Shown one piece after another: positions 17,853 to 27,318 of a stretch of DNA of 64,000 bases. Below the pieces are notes generated by a model. The model saw nothing but the letters and a program-made list of their open reading frames with translations, did no database searches and had not been told where the DNA came from. The first letter of the stretch is position 1. Each line of letters starts with the position of its first letter. The position numbers and the translations under genes are program-made. Source of the DNA: an uncultured Verrucomicrobiae bacterium (lineage in GTDB: Bacteria > Chlamydiota > Chlamydiia > Chlamydiales > JAFEGQ01); NCBI GenBank assembly GCA_963739345.1, contig CAVUAA010000002.1:266713-330712 (forward strand). Direction: 5' to 3'.

Positions 17853-18815
17853 ATGGTGCAAAGGGTTATCGAGAGTCCGCAACTGGTTCACGCATTAGGA
17901 ATCATTCAGCTTCCGATTCAGGACCTAGCAGATCACCTGACTAGCGAGCTTGGTAACAATCCCATGTTTGAATCCGAACGCGATGCCCTCTCCGAAGGTC
18001 GAATGCATCTGACCGAGGAATCGCTTCTCACCGATTCCCTCCCCGGTCTTCCGGCCAAAGATGAAACAGATTTCACCTCTCTGCACTTGGACGACGATCA
18101 GTATCTAACGCTAGACTTCCTTGAGCCGGAGATCGCAGAGCTTTTCGACCTAGATGCGCGCCCGACTGACCCACTTCCAGAACCGGCAGCCGACGCATTC
18201 GATCCCACCCTTCTACCCGATCTGATCATCACAGAAACGGAAGAGTATCTCACCTGCGACGTCAATATTGACCCTCTCCCTAACACTCGTCTCAATCCTC
18301 CCTATGCTCGGCTCCTCGCTAACCCAACCACACCGGCAGAGACCACGCAGTTTTTAAACGATCACCTGCAGCGAGGTAAGTGGCTGCTCCTCTGCGTTGA
18401 GCAGCGAAACCATCTCCTCAAGCGAGTCGGAGATCTTCTCATCGAAGAGATGCCTAACTACCTCATAGGCAATACCACCCATCTACTTCCCATACCGATC
18501 AGTAAAGCCGCAAAGCTGTTTAAGGTTCCGGAGACCACCCTTATCAGCGCCATCGCCAATAAATCGGTCTCGTCTCCAGCCGGCAGCCTCTCTTTGACCA
18601 AACTCTTCACACACGCCTATGTCCAATCTGACCTTCCCCCGACCATCGTCCTTATCAGAGAGCTCATTGATGGTGAAAATCCCACCAAACCGCTCTCGGA
18701 TGCCCAAATCTCTGCTACACTGGAATCGCGTGGCATCCAGTGCGCCCGCCGCACCGTTGCCAAGTACCGCTTTCAACACGGGATCTCTAATTCGCGAGGC
18801 CGTAGACACTCCTAA
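17853..18815 (+). CDS. rpoN: RNA polymerase sigma-54 factor (compact form)
   Basis: ATG 17853 with GGAGGAG at 17840-17846 (track ORF starts at 17769). Region I-like MVQRVIESPQLVHALGIIQLPIQDLADHLTSELGNNPMFE, an acidic region II, and a C-terminal RpoN box CARRTVAKYRFQHGISNSRGRR. About 320 aa. Confidence 0.75.
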   Translation: MVQRVIESPQLVHALGIIQLPIQDLADHLTSELGNNPMFESERDALSEGRMHLTEESLLTDSLPGLPAKDETDFTSLHLDDDQYLTLDFLEPEIAELFDLDARPTDPLPEPAADAFDPTLLPDLIITETEEYLTCDVNIDPLPNTRLNPPYARLLANPTTPAETTQFLNDHLQRGKWLLLCVEQRNHLLKRVGDLLIEEMPNYLIGNTTHLLPIPISKAAKLFKVPETTLISAIANKSVSSPAGSLSLTKLFTHAYVQSDLPPTIVLIRELIDGENPTKPLSDAQISATLESRGIQCARRTVAKYRFQHGISNSRGRRHS

Positions 18816-19515
18816 GCATCTGCCATCGGAGCGAGCCGTCGCCTTTTAGCCGGCTCCGCGCAGCCGCCACGACCTCCCGATCGGTTAAACGGTATGCAAC
18901 AGACCACGCTCGCGACCCCACTTTGCTGTAAAGCCAACGGACACACCTCCGCAATTGCCGGTGACGCCATCCAAGCCTTGTAAAGCCGATGACTACGAGA
19001 GCTAAAGGGATAGCGGGCAGCCAGGCGCCAGCTAACATAGCCCCCATGAGAGTCCAAACTTCCCAGGGGCGACAGATGATGGGACCGAGAATTCTCCTCC
19101 AACGTCTTTTACTCAACTGATAGGCAAAGAACTCCTCAAACAGCGGCTCATCAAAGGCACACCGGCCGGCATGAGCTAGCTCGTGGGCGATCAGCTCCGC
19201 ACGGTCGTACCCCCACGGAAGTCGGCGCCTCACTTGTAAAGCCGCTTTACTTCCGTCGGTCATCATCACTGCGCCGTGCCACGGCATCAGCCCCCGATCA
19301 CTCTCAATAACTTCAACCCAATCGGGAGAGATATTGTAGAGTTCCACAACGCCGCTACTTAACTGCTGTGCCGCAAGCACACGGTTGCGAAAGTCCTCTT
19401 CGTTCTCATTCGGCCCAGGAATTAGGCCTCGCCGGTTCCACTCCATCCATTGCATATAAGTAGTGTAAAGAGTTGTTGCGTAATTTTGCAGCGAAATCGT
19501 ACGCTGCCTGTTCAT
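18787..19515 (-). CDS. Hypothetical membrane-anchored HExxH protein (putative zinc metalloprotease)
   Basis: 242 aa. AELIAHELAHAGRCAF (HExxH), followed by hydrophobic segments LMGAMLAGAWLPAIPLALVVIGF. The start is uncertain: the annotated ATG overlaps the aroB ATG head-to-head; an internal Met at codon 21 is an alternative. The 3' end overlaps the rpoN 3' end by 29 nt. Confidence 0.5.
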   Translation of the reverse strand: MNRQRTISLQNYATTLYTTYMQWMEWNRRGLIPGPNENEEDFRNRVLAAQQLSSGVVELYNISPDWVEVIESDRGLMPWHGAVMMTDGSKAALQVRRRLPWGYDRAELIAHELAHAGRCAFDEPLFEEFFAYQLSKRRWRRILGPIICRPWEVWTLMGAMLAGAWLPAIPLALVVIGFTRLGWRHRQLRRCVRWLYSKVGSRAWSVAYRLTDREVVAAARSRLKGDGSLRWQMLRSVYGLAN

Positions 19516-20467
19516 GCGGATTAATCATTTGAAAGGTTCTTACGAGGTTGTTGTCGAGCGGGGGGCCCTTGACCGCCTACATAATTATCCAGTTGCGGCA
19601 GTTGTCACTACCGAGAAGCTGTGGAAGCTATTCGGCCCGCTACCGGGAACACCGATTTTTATCCCGGACGGTGAACAGGCAAAGAAGTCCGATATACTCC
19701 AGTCACTCTGGCAAGCGTTTTACGACCACGGGCTTGATTCACACTCGCTGGTCATCGCTCTTGGCGGAGGAAGCGTAGGTGACGTAGCCGGCTTTGCCGC
19801 TGCCACGTTTATGCGGGGGATCGACATCATTCAGGTCCCTACCACCCTACTCGGGATGGTCGATTCCGCGATTGGGGGAAAGACCGCCATCAATTTTGCA
19901 GGGGTGAAGAATGCTGTGGGCGCCCTCCACCATCCGATAGTGGTACTAGTTGATCCCAACTGCCTCAGCACCCTTCCCCCAAGAGAGTTCTCTTCCGGAA
20001 TGGCCGAGGCTATCAAGTCAGCGATGATTGGCGATCCCCACCTCTTTGACCTACTGGAACGGGGAGAGGCCGATATCGAAACAGTTATCCGACGAAGTGC
20101 CCAGGTAAAGATAGATGTCGTTAACAAGGGGATCCGCGATCACCTCAACTATGGCCACACCTTTGGTCACGCCCTCGAGGCCCTCTCCAACTATTCTATG
20201 GCGCATGGTGAAGCGGTATCCATTGGCATGAACTGCGCCGCCCGCCTCAGCGTCCAACTGGGAATAGCCGATGAGGATCTGGTTGGCCGACAGGAGGCTG
20301 TGTGTAAAGCAGCTGGACTTCCCACAGAGCTCCCTGACTTTCCCGGAGAGCAGATCGTCGCCGCCATGCGCCGAGACAAGAAGTCCATTGATGGCCAGCT
20401 CCGCCTCGTGCTCCCTGAGAAGATTGGAAAGGTCTCCATCATCGACGGCGTGCATCTTAATCTCTAA
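19514..20467 (+). CDS. aroB: 3-dehydroquinate synthase
   Basis: 317 aa. GGGSVGDVAGFAAATFMRGIDIIQVPTTLLGMVDSAIGGKTAINF, LNYGHTFGHALE, HGEAVSIGM. Confidence 0.8.
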   Translation: MRINHLKGSYEVVVERGALDRLHNYPVAAVVTTEKLWKLFGPLPGTPIFIPDGEQAKKSDILQSLWQAFYDHGLDSHSLVIALGGGSVGDVAGFAAATFMRGIDIIQVPTTLLGMVDSAIGGKTAINFAGVKNAVGALHHPIVVLVDPNCLSTLPPREFSSGMAEAIKSAMIGDPHLFDLLERGEADIETVIRRSAQVKIDVVNKGIRDHLNYGHTFGHALEALSNYSMAHGEAVSIGMNCAARLSVQLGIADEDLVGRQEAVCKAAGLPTELPDFPGEQIVAAMRRDKKSIDGQLRLVLPEKIGKVSIIDGVHLNL

Positions 20468-20505
20468 TACTGTATAATGGCTGCACTCTGTAACAAGGAA
20501 CCATC

Positions 20506-23058
20506 ATGGCTAAAACACTCGTCATCGTAGAGTCCCCCGCTAAGATCAAGACGCTTAAGAAGTTCCTTGGTCCTCAGTACCTCGTTGAATCGTCGGTGGG
20601 CCACGTGCGCGACCTTCCTCAGCGAGGGTTTGGAATCGACCCAGAAAATGATTTTGAACCCGAATATGAGATTCTGCCGGACAAAGAACGGGTGATTCAG
20701 ACTCTAGTGAATGCGGCCAAGCAGGTCGATGAAGTTTACCTCTGCCCTGACCCCGACCGCGAGGGAGAGGCGATCGCGTGGCACATTGCACAGATCCTCC
20801 CTAAGGGTACGGTGATCAAACGGGCAGCCTTCCACTCTCTCACAAAAGATGAAGTCTTGCGGGCGATCAATGAGCCGATGGAGATCAACTACGCAATGGT
20901 GGATGCGCAACAGGCGCGCCGCCTCCTTGACCGCATTGTGGGATACAAAATTTCTCCTCTGCTGGCCCGCAGGGTGCAGGGTGGGCGTCGTGCAGGGGGT
21001 AGTCTTTCTGCCGGGCGTGTCCAGTCGGTAGCGCTCAAGTTGGTGATCGACCGAGAGAAGGAAATTGAAGCGTTCAATCCGGTTGAATACTGGACTCTGA
21101 CGGGGAAGATGCTCAAGAGCGAAGACAACGCGACCTTCCAGGCGCAGCTCCACACGGTAGATGGCAGGCGGATTGACAAAGAGGCTGTTGAGGGAAAGGA
21201 TCTCCAGCTGATTGACAATGAAAAGACAGCGATGGGGCTGAAAGAGCGGATGGAGAAGGGGAGCTACACGATTACCCGTGTAGAGAAGAAGGAGAAGCGG
21301 CGCAATCCGGTTGCCCCATTCATCACCTCAACGATGCAACAGGAGGCGAGCCGCCACCACGGATTCAATGCATCACGTACGATGAGTATCGCGCAGGGAC
21401 TCTACGAAGGTATCGATCTTGGCACCGAGGGGCCAGAGGGTTTGATCACCTACATGCGTACTGACTCTGTGAGGGCAGCTCCCGAGGCTGTAACAGCGGT
21501 GCGCGGGTGCATTGAGGCCGCCTACGGCAAAGAGAACCTATCGGCCCGGCCCCGAATCTTTTCGAGCAAGAAGAGTGCGCAGGACGCTCACGAATGTATT
21601 CGGCCCACCAACTTCGACCACCCTCCTGAGAAAGTAAAGCCATTCCTAACCCGCGACCAATTCTTGCTTTACACATTGGTTTGGCGCCGTTTTCTCGCCT
21701 CACAAATGGCCCCCGCCGTCTACGACACGGTATCAGCCGATGTGAGCAGCGATGACGGCCTAATGCTCCGCTCCTCTGGGTCAATTTTGAAGTTCCGCGG
21801 CTTCCTCACCATCTACCACGAGAAGAAGGATGAGGAGGATAAGGAGGACGGGGACAACCTCCTTCCTCCGCTCGAAGAGGGGATGAAGCCAAGCCTGACG
21901 GAAGTTGGAGTTGAACAGTCGTTCACCCGCCCGCCTCCCCGCTTCTCGGAAGCCTCTTTGGTGCGCGAGCTGGAGAAGTGTGGCATTGGCCGTCCGTCCA
22001 CCTACGCGACGATCATGAACAAGATTCAGAGCCGCGACTACACGGTGCGAGAGAAGGGAAGATTGGTTCCGACAGAGCTTGGACGGGTGTGTGCCGACCT
22101 GCTTGAGGCGAGCTTTCCCCAGATCATGAATGTTGACTTTACAGCTCACATGGAAGATGACCTGGAGGCGATCGCTGGCAACCAGAAAAACTGGAAAGAG
22201 GTCATCCGAGAGTTCTGGGGACCGTTCATGGCCACCGTGGAAGAGGCGGAAAAGAGCGCCTTTGTTCCCCGCGTTGAGACTGATCTTCCCTGCCCAAAAT
22301 GCGAGAAGAAGCTGCAAAAGATTTGGGCGCGCGGGAAGTACTTCTATGGCTGCTCCGGCTATCCCGACTGCGATTACTCGGCTCCCATCCAAGAGATTAG
22401 CTTCGACAAAGAGGATTACGCGCCCGACTTCGACTGGGAGCAGGCGTGCCCAACCTGCTCTAAAGAGATGAAGGTGCGTCACGGCCGCTACGGCGCCTTT
22501 TTAGGTTGCACTGACTATCCGGAGTGTAAGGGGACAGTCAACGTTCCTAGAAAGGGAGAGGAAATCCCTTCAGCCGACGAGATGCCCATGTGTCCGGCCA
22601 TCGACTGCCCCGGCAAGTTGACCGCCCGCCGCTCTCGCTACGGAAAGATCTTCTTCTCCTGTTCTACCTATCCCGACTGCGATGTAATCGTGAACGATCT
22701 AGATGACGTCGCCACCAAGTACGCCGATCATCCTCGCACCCCTTATGTAAAGAAGACGAAGAAAAAGGGAGCTAAAGCCGCTCCAAAGAAGAAGAAAAAG
22801 GCCACGGCGCCAAAGAAGCCGCGAAAGACCACTCCGCGCGAACTCTCACCCGAGATGGCAGCGATCGTAGGGGCGTCTGAGATGACTCGAGGCGACGTGA
22901 TGAAGGGACTGTGGGCCTACATCAAGAAAAACGGCTGCCAAGATCCAAACAATGGGCGAATCATTGTCCCCGATGCCAAATTGACTGCTCTCTTTGGTTC
23001 GAGCGACCCAATCGATATGTTCAAGCTGGCCGGTCTCGTCTCCAAACATCTGAAATAG
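20506..23058 (+). CDS. topA: DNA topoisomerase I with C-terminal SWIB/MDM2 domain (chlamydial-type fusion)
   Basis: 850 aa. TOPRIM start MAKTLVIVESPAKIKTLKKFLG, catalytic-Tyr region GLITYMRTDS, three Cys4 zinc ribbons (CPKCEKK..CSGYPDC; CPTCSKE..CTDYPEC; CPAIDC..CSTYPDC), a Lys-rich linker, then the SWIB-like tail LSPEMAAIVGASEMTRGDVMKGLWAYIKKNGCQDP..MFKLAGLVSKHLK. Confidence 0.95.
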   Translation: MAKTLVIVESPAKIKTLKKFLGPQYLVESSVGHVRDLPQRGFGIDPENDFEPEYEILPDKERVIQTLVNAAKQVDEVYLCPDPDREGEAIAWHIAQILPKGTVIKRAAFHSLTKDEVLRAINEPMEINYAMVDAQQARRLLDRIVGYKISPLLARRVQGGRRAGGSLSAGRVQSVALKLVIDREKEIEAFNPVEYWTLTGKMLKSEDNATFQAQLHTVDGRRIDKEAVEGKDLQLIDNEKTAMGLKERMEKGSYTITRVEKKEKRRNPVAPFITSTMQQEASRHHGFNASRTMSIAQGLYEGIDLGTEGPEGLITYMRTDSVRAAPEAVTAVRGCIEAAYGKENLSARPRIFSSKKSAQDAHECIRPTNFDHPPEKVKPFLTRDQFLLYTLVWRRFLASQMAPAVYDTVSADVSSDDGLMLRSSGSILKFRGFLTIYHEKKDEEDKEDGDNLLPPLEEGMKPSLTEVGVEQSFTRPPPRFSEASLVRELEKCGIGRPSTYATIMNKIQSRDYTVREKGRLVPTELGRVCADLLEASFPQIMNVDFTAHMEDDLEAIAGNQKNWKEVIREFWGPFMATVEEAEKSAFVPRVETDLPCPKCEKKLQKIWARGKYFYGCSGYPDCDYSAPIQEISFDKEDYAPDFDWEQACPTCSKEMKVRHGRYGAFLGCTDYPECKGTVNVPRKGEEIPSADEMPMCPAIDCPGKLTARRSRYGKIFFSCSTYPDCDVIVNDLDDVATKYADHPRTPYVKKTKKKGAKAAPKKKKKATAPKKPRKTTPRELSPEMAAIVGASEMTRGDVMKGLWAYIKKNGCQDPNNGRIIVPDAKLTALFGSSDPIDMFKLAGLVSKHLK

Positions 23059-23118
23059 CTTGAAGGTTTCGCCACAGTACGCTAACGTCATTGCTCTTAA
23101 AACCGACGAGCTTCACGG

Positions 23119-25206
23119 ATGCGCTGGGTACAAAAACTTCTCCTAATTGCTACAATCGCCTCAACAGGCGTGGCCTCGGCTGACCTCTCACCCCGTTGGG
23201 AGAGATGGGAACCCAACTGGGAATTTCTCGGAACAATGGCGCAGTTTCGCGGCGGAGCGGCTGGCGCTTTGTGGTATCCGGTCCTTCAAGATGATCAGAC
23301 CATTTGCTTCACCCAGGCGGGCATCGGATGGGTGCGCAACGCCTACTTCATCGACTTCGGCACGGGCGTTCGCCGCTTCATCACTGGTGATGTAATTGCG
23401 GGGGCCAATGCCTTTATCGACATCAGCAGCTCTGATCACGATATCTCCTACTATCAGGGAGGCCTCGGCCTAGAGCTACTGGGACCATGCTGGGAGATCC
23501 ACGCTAACAGCTATTTTCCTAAGCTAAAGATGACGGTGATTCGTGATAAGACCATTCCAGGTGCAACGCTTGTCCCCGATCTGGGCGGCGGGATGGACAT
23601 CGTTTCAAACGATATTCGTCGCCAGTCACTAGAGTGCTCCTACTACGGCTATGACGCAGAAGCGGGTTACATGTTTGATGTGGGGCCAGGTGAGCTCTGG
23701 GGTTGGGCCGGCTACTACTACGCCCGAACGAAAGAGGGGATGTCGTTTCAGGGGCCCCGCTTCTTGGTAGAGTATGTGAGCAAGCCAATGGTGGGCTGGG
23801 GCGGACAGTTGTTTGCCGGTGTGGGTTGGGAATATGACCGATTACACAGTGGACAGACTGGCGCACGGGTCGGCTTTCGCGTCCCCTTTTGCTGGCATAG
23901 CCGCACTCGCATTTGGAATAAGCCCTCACTTTGTAGACGAGCCGCCTATGCAGTGCGCCGTCAGCCGGGTGTGAGAATCGAAAGGGAAACACGCGACCGC
24001 CTGCTACCTCGAACATTCATCGCCAACGCCTTCTTCGTACAGCAAAATGGAGTTGGAACGGGAACACAGACCGATCCGACGAACATTGCGACCGCTCTTC
24101 CACAGATGGCGCCCAATGACCTCCTATTTCTTCTGCAAACTAACGGCAACATTACGCTGCCAGCTGGAGGGATCAATCTGGATATCGGCAACCTCACCGG
24201 GGCAACCGTAGCCGGCTTTGGGGCCGACGGTTTCTCCGCAGAAGTACCGGTGCCCGGAGGACGGACTTTGACTGTAACAGCGCTTGTCGGACAGCAGGGA
24301 CGTCCCATTTTGACCGGGGCGGGAGAGGTTGGTGTCATGCTCGACAGCAACAACCGGGTGCAAGGGATCGGGGTTGATACCGCTCTAAGCGCAGTCCTTG
24401 GAGTCACCGGAACCAACGCAACGATCACCGATGTGGTCGGCAGCAATCTCACTGGCGACGGCATCGGCCTGGGCAACATGAGGGGCCTTGTCTCCATCTC
24501 GAATAGCTCCTTTACAAATCTGACGGGCAGTGGCGTAGCCATCACGGCGACCGAAGCCAACAGCTCGAGCATCATCAAGGTGGTGAATACATCCTTCACC
24601 AATCTGCAAGAGGCTCTCAATGCGCAAGTGACCGGCTCCGCCGCCAGCACGGACATTCTCTTCTCTAACAACACTGTGAACACCACCACGATGCGCGCCT
24701 TCGATGTTACTGTGACGAGCGTGGCAACCGGGACGACAACAGTCAATCTCATCGCAGACAACAATACGATCTCAGGAACAACCACTGAGCCGTTCAATAT
24801 CGCGACCACCTTCGTCAACCCCACCGATGTGAACAATCTGCAAATCAGCAACAACACGATTGTTAGTCCAGCTGGAGCCATCGTCGGGGTCAACGTCACC
24901 CATGAGGGCAACGGAAAGGTGAACGCCACCGTGACCGGCAACAAGGAGAGCGGCAATGCGACCGCAACGACCGCCTACAACATCGAACGGACGGGAGCTG
25001 CGGCGCCGGGTGTCCTCTGCACCGACTTCACGGGTAACCGAACCGCTAGGCCGACTGGGATCACCCTTGACGCAACGCCGGGCACCTTAGAGGTTGAGCA
25101 GTTCCCACAACTCTCAGCGCTCAACAACAACATGTCTGTGGCGATCGCAAATATCGTTCCGATGGACGTGCCGGCTGGAACCTGCCCCGAGCCAGTGATT
25201 CCCTAG
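23119..25206 (+). CDS. Inverse autotransporter (intimin/invasin-type beta-domain) with parallel-beta-helix-like passenger
   Basis: 695 aa, signal peptide MRWVQKLLLIATIASTGVASA. The N-terminal ~290 aa align by eye to the intimin/invasin barrel: LWYPVLQDDQTICFTQAGIG..FGTGVRRF..IAGANAFIDIS..GGLGLELLGPCWEIHANSYFPK, ending GARVGFRVPF. The C-terminal ~390 aa are T/N/G-rich ~20-25 aa repeats (ITDVVGSNLTGDGIGLGN, ISNSSFTNLTGSGVAITA, VVNTSFTNLQEALNAQV). Confidence 0.7.
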   Translation: MRWVQKLLLIATIASTGVASADLSPRWERWEPNWEFLGTMAQFRGGAAGALWYPVLQDDQTICFTQAGIGWVRNAYFIDFGTGVRRFITGDVIAGANAFIDISSSDHDISYYQGGLGLELLGPCWEIHANSYFPKLKMTVIRDKTIPGATLVPDLGGGMDIVSNDIRRQSLECSYYGYDAEAGYMFDVGPGELWGWAGYYYARTKEGMSFQGPRFLVEYVSKPMVGWGGQLFAGVGWEYDRLHSGQTGARVGFRVPFCWHSRTRIWNKPSLCRRAAYAVRRQPGVRIERETRDRLLPRTFIANAFFVQQNGVGTGTQTDPTNIATALPQMAPNDLLFLLQTNGNITLPAGGINLDIGNLTGATVAGFGADGFSAEVPVPGGRTLTVTALVGQQGRPILTGAGEVGVMLDSNNRVQGIGVDTALSAVLGVTGTNATITDVVGSNLTGDGIGLGNMRGLVSISNSSFTNLTGSGVAITATEANSSSIIKVVNTSFTNLQEALNAQVTGSAASTDILFSNNTVNTTTMRAFDVTVTSVATGTTTVNLIADNNTISGTTTEPFNIATTFVNPTDVNNLQISNNTIVSPAGAIVGVNVTHEGNGKVNATVTGNKESGNATATTAYNIERTGAAAPGVLCTDFTGNRTARPTGITLDATPGTLEVEQFPQLSALNNNMSVAIANIVPMDVPAGTCPEPVIP

Positions 25207-25228
25207 CAATCTGGGTACCAATCTGGGT

Positions 25229-25252
25229 CTTGGGGTCAGGCCTGACCCCAAG
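25229..25252. terminator. Perfect 24-bp palindrome between convergent genes (likely bidirectional terminator hairpin)
   Basis: CTTGGGGTCAGG|CCTGACCCCAAG at 25229-25252, between the stop of 23119..25206 (+) and the stop of uvrB (-). No strong T-run on either side. Confidence 0.5.
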
Positions 25253-25308
25253 GTCAAGTTAGCCCTGCGCCTGACCCTACGTGCTGGCTTAAGTTGACCT
25301 CCTTGGGT

Positions 25309-27318
25309 CTAATTGCTGTAAGCTAGTGCTAGGCGCTGATACTTGCGCATGAGGTCGCGGTAGCGGGCCGCCTCTTCGAACGCCATCTCTTTGGCGGCGC
25401 TCTTCATGGCACGTGAATACTCGGCGATCTTCCGATCAATCTCTTCCGGAGTGAGATATTCGTGCCTCTCTTCACGGGCCCGCTTCCCTGTCTTGGGAGA
25501 CTCTTCATCGTATTTGACTTCGAGCTCGACCCACGGGAGATCGCTCTTGATCTTGCTCCGGATCGTTTGGGGAGTATGGCCATGCTCAGTGTTATACCGC
25601 GTCTGGATCGCCCGTCGGCTGTTGGTGGTGGCGATGGTCTTCCGAATGGAATCGGTCTCCTTATCAGCATACATAATCACTCGTCCGTCGGCATTTCGCG
25701 CCGCCCGCCCGCAGGTCTGAATGAGTGCGGTGGCACTACGTAGGAACCCCTCCTTGTCAGCATCGAGAATGCAGACGAGGGAGACCTCGGGGATATCCAA
25801 GCCCTCTCTAAGCAAATTAATTCCCACTAGCACATCATAGGTGCCCAAGCGGAGATCGCGGATGATCTGCATCCGCTCTAGCGTCTTGACGTCAGAGTGG
25901 AGGTAGGAGGCTTTGATCCCCAGTTCGACAAGGAACTTAGTCAGCTCTTCAGCAAGTCTTTTGGTGAGGACGGTGACGAGAATGCGCCCCCCCTTGGCGG
26001 CGTGCTGCCGAATCTCGTCGAGGCAGTCGTCAACCTGACCTGTCGCCGGCCTCACTTCAATGATGGGGTCGAGTAGACCTGTCGGCCTAATCAACTGCTC
26101 CACCACCTCGCCGCCAGCCTCGGCCACCTCCCACTCACTCGGAGTGGCACTCACATAAACAACCCGTTTGAGACGCTCATAGGTCTCTTCAAACTTAAGA
26201 GGTCGGTTGTCATAGGCAGAAGGAAGGCGAAAACCAAAGTCGACAAGCGACGCCTTGCGGGCCCGATCGCCGTTGAACATGGCTCGAAGCTGCGGAACCG
26301 TTTGGTGCGATTCGTCGATGAAGACGAGGCAGTCGTCGGGGAAGTAGTCGAGGAGGCAGGGGGGTGGCTCTCCCGGGGCGCGCTGTGAAAAATGACGAGA
26401 ATAGTTCTCGATTCCCTTACACGATCCAATCTCGCGCAACATCTCTAAGTCATAGAGGGTGCGCTCCTTAAGCCTGTGCCGCTCAATCACTTTCTCTTCG
26501 GTATCAAACTCTTGCAGGCGCTCTTCAAGCTCTGCCCTGATGGTCTGCATCGCCCGCTGACGCACCTCTACCGGCGTGACGTGGTGGGAGGCGGGATAGA
26601 TGGAGGCGCTCTCGATTCGGTTAAGCACTTTTCCGGTAAGCGGATCAATTTCGCTAATTCTCTCCACTTCGTCGTCGAAAAACTCGATCCGTAGGGCGAG
26701 ATCTTGCTCGTAGGCGGGAAATATCTCCAGACTATCACCACGAGCTCGGAAGGTACCTCGGGAGAAGTCCACGTCATTTCGCTTATAGGCCATCTCGACG
26801 AGATGGATGAGCACCTCATCACGGCGGTACTCTTTCCCCACCTCCAGATTAAGCTTCATCTGGGCGTAATACTCAGGTGTGCCAAGTCCGTAGATGCAGG
26901 AGACGGAGGCGACGATGATCACATCTTCTCTCTCGATCAACGAACGGGAGGCGGAGAGGCGGAGCTTGTCGATCTGGTCGTTGATCGCCATGTCCTTCTC
27001 GATGAAGGTGTCGCTCCGAGCAATATACGCTTCTGGCTGGTAGTAGTCGTAGTAGCTGACAAAATACTCGACGGCGTTGTCGGGGAAAAATCCCTTGAAC
27101 TCGGCATAGAGCTGAGCCGCAAGTGTCTTATTGTGAGCGATGATTAATGCGGGCCGCCCAGTTTTGGCGATCACGTTGGCCATGGTGAAAGTCTTGCCCG
27201 AGCCGGTGACGCCGAGAAGTACTTGCGACTTCCGCCCCGCCTCTAACCCCTCGACGAGCGACTCGATCGCCCTCGGCTGATCACCCCGCGGCTCAAACTC
27301 TGTCGACAGCTTAAACAC
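25309..27318 (-). CDS. uvrB: Excinuclease ABC subunit B
   Basis: 669 aa. [59 protein letters not shown]-terminal UVR motif [14 protein letters not shown]. The GTG start overlaps the trpS stop (TAGTG). Confidence 0.97.
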   Translation of the reverse strand: MFKLSTEFEPRGDQPRAIESLVEGLEAGRKSQVLLGVTGSGKTFTMANVIAKTGRPALIIAHNKTLAAQLYAEFKGFFPDNAVEYFVSYYDYYQPEAYIARSDTFIEKDMAINDQIDKLRLSASRSLIEREDVIIVASVSCIYGLGTPEYYAQMKLNLEVGKEYRRDEVLIHLVEMAYKRNDVDFSRGTFRARGDSLEIFPAYEQDLALRIEFFDDEVERISEIDPLTGKVLNRIESASIYPASHHVTPVEVRQRAMQTIRAELEERLQEFDTEEKVIERHRLKERTLYDLEMLREIGSCKGIENYSRHFSQRAPGEPPPCLLDYFPDDCLVFIDESHQTVPQLRAMFNGDRARKASLVDFGFRLPSAYDNRPLKFEETYERLKRVVYVSATPSEWEVAEAGGEVVEQLIRPTGLLDPIIEVRPATGQVDDCLDEIRQHAAKGGRILVTVLTKRLAEELTKFLVELGIKASYLHSDVKTLERMQIIRDLRLGTYDVLVGINLLREGLDIPEVSLVCILDADKEGFLRSATALIQTCGRAARNADGRVIMYADKETDSIRKTIATTNSRRAIQTRYNTEHGHTPQTIRSKIKSDLPWVELEVKYDEESPKTGKRAREERHEYLTPEEIDRKIAEYSRAMKSAAKEMAFEEAARYRDLMRKYQRLALAYSN

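Noticed and set aside
21781-22482. 233-aa minus-strand ORF, and other 60-150 aa ORFs, antisense to or out of frame with topA.
   Set aside because: topA is unambiguous across this region. The overlapping ORFs have no motifs and are typical of GC-rich sequence.
23961-24956. 331-aa minus-strand ORF antisense to the inverse-autotransporter passenger.
   Set aside because: It is a V/T/P-rich mirror of the repetitive beta-helix coding region. The sense frame has a signal peptide, barrel motifs and coherent repeats.
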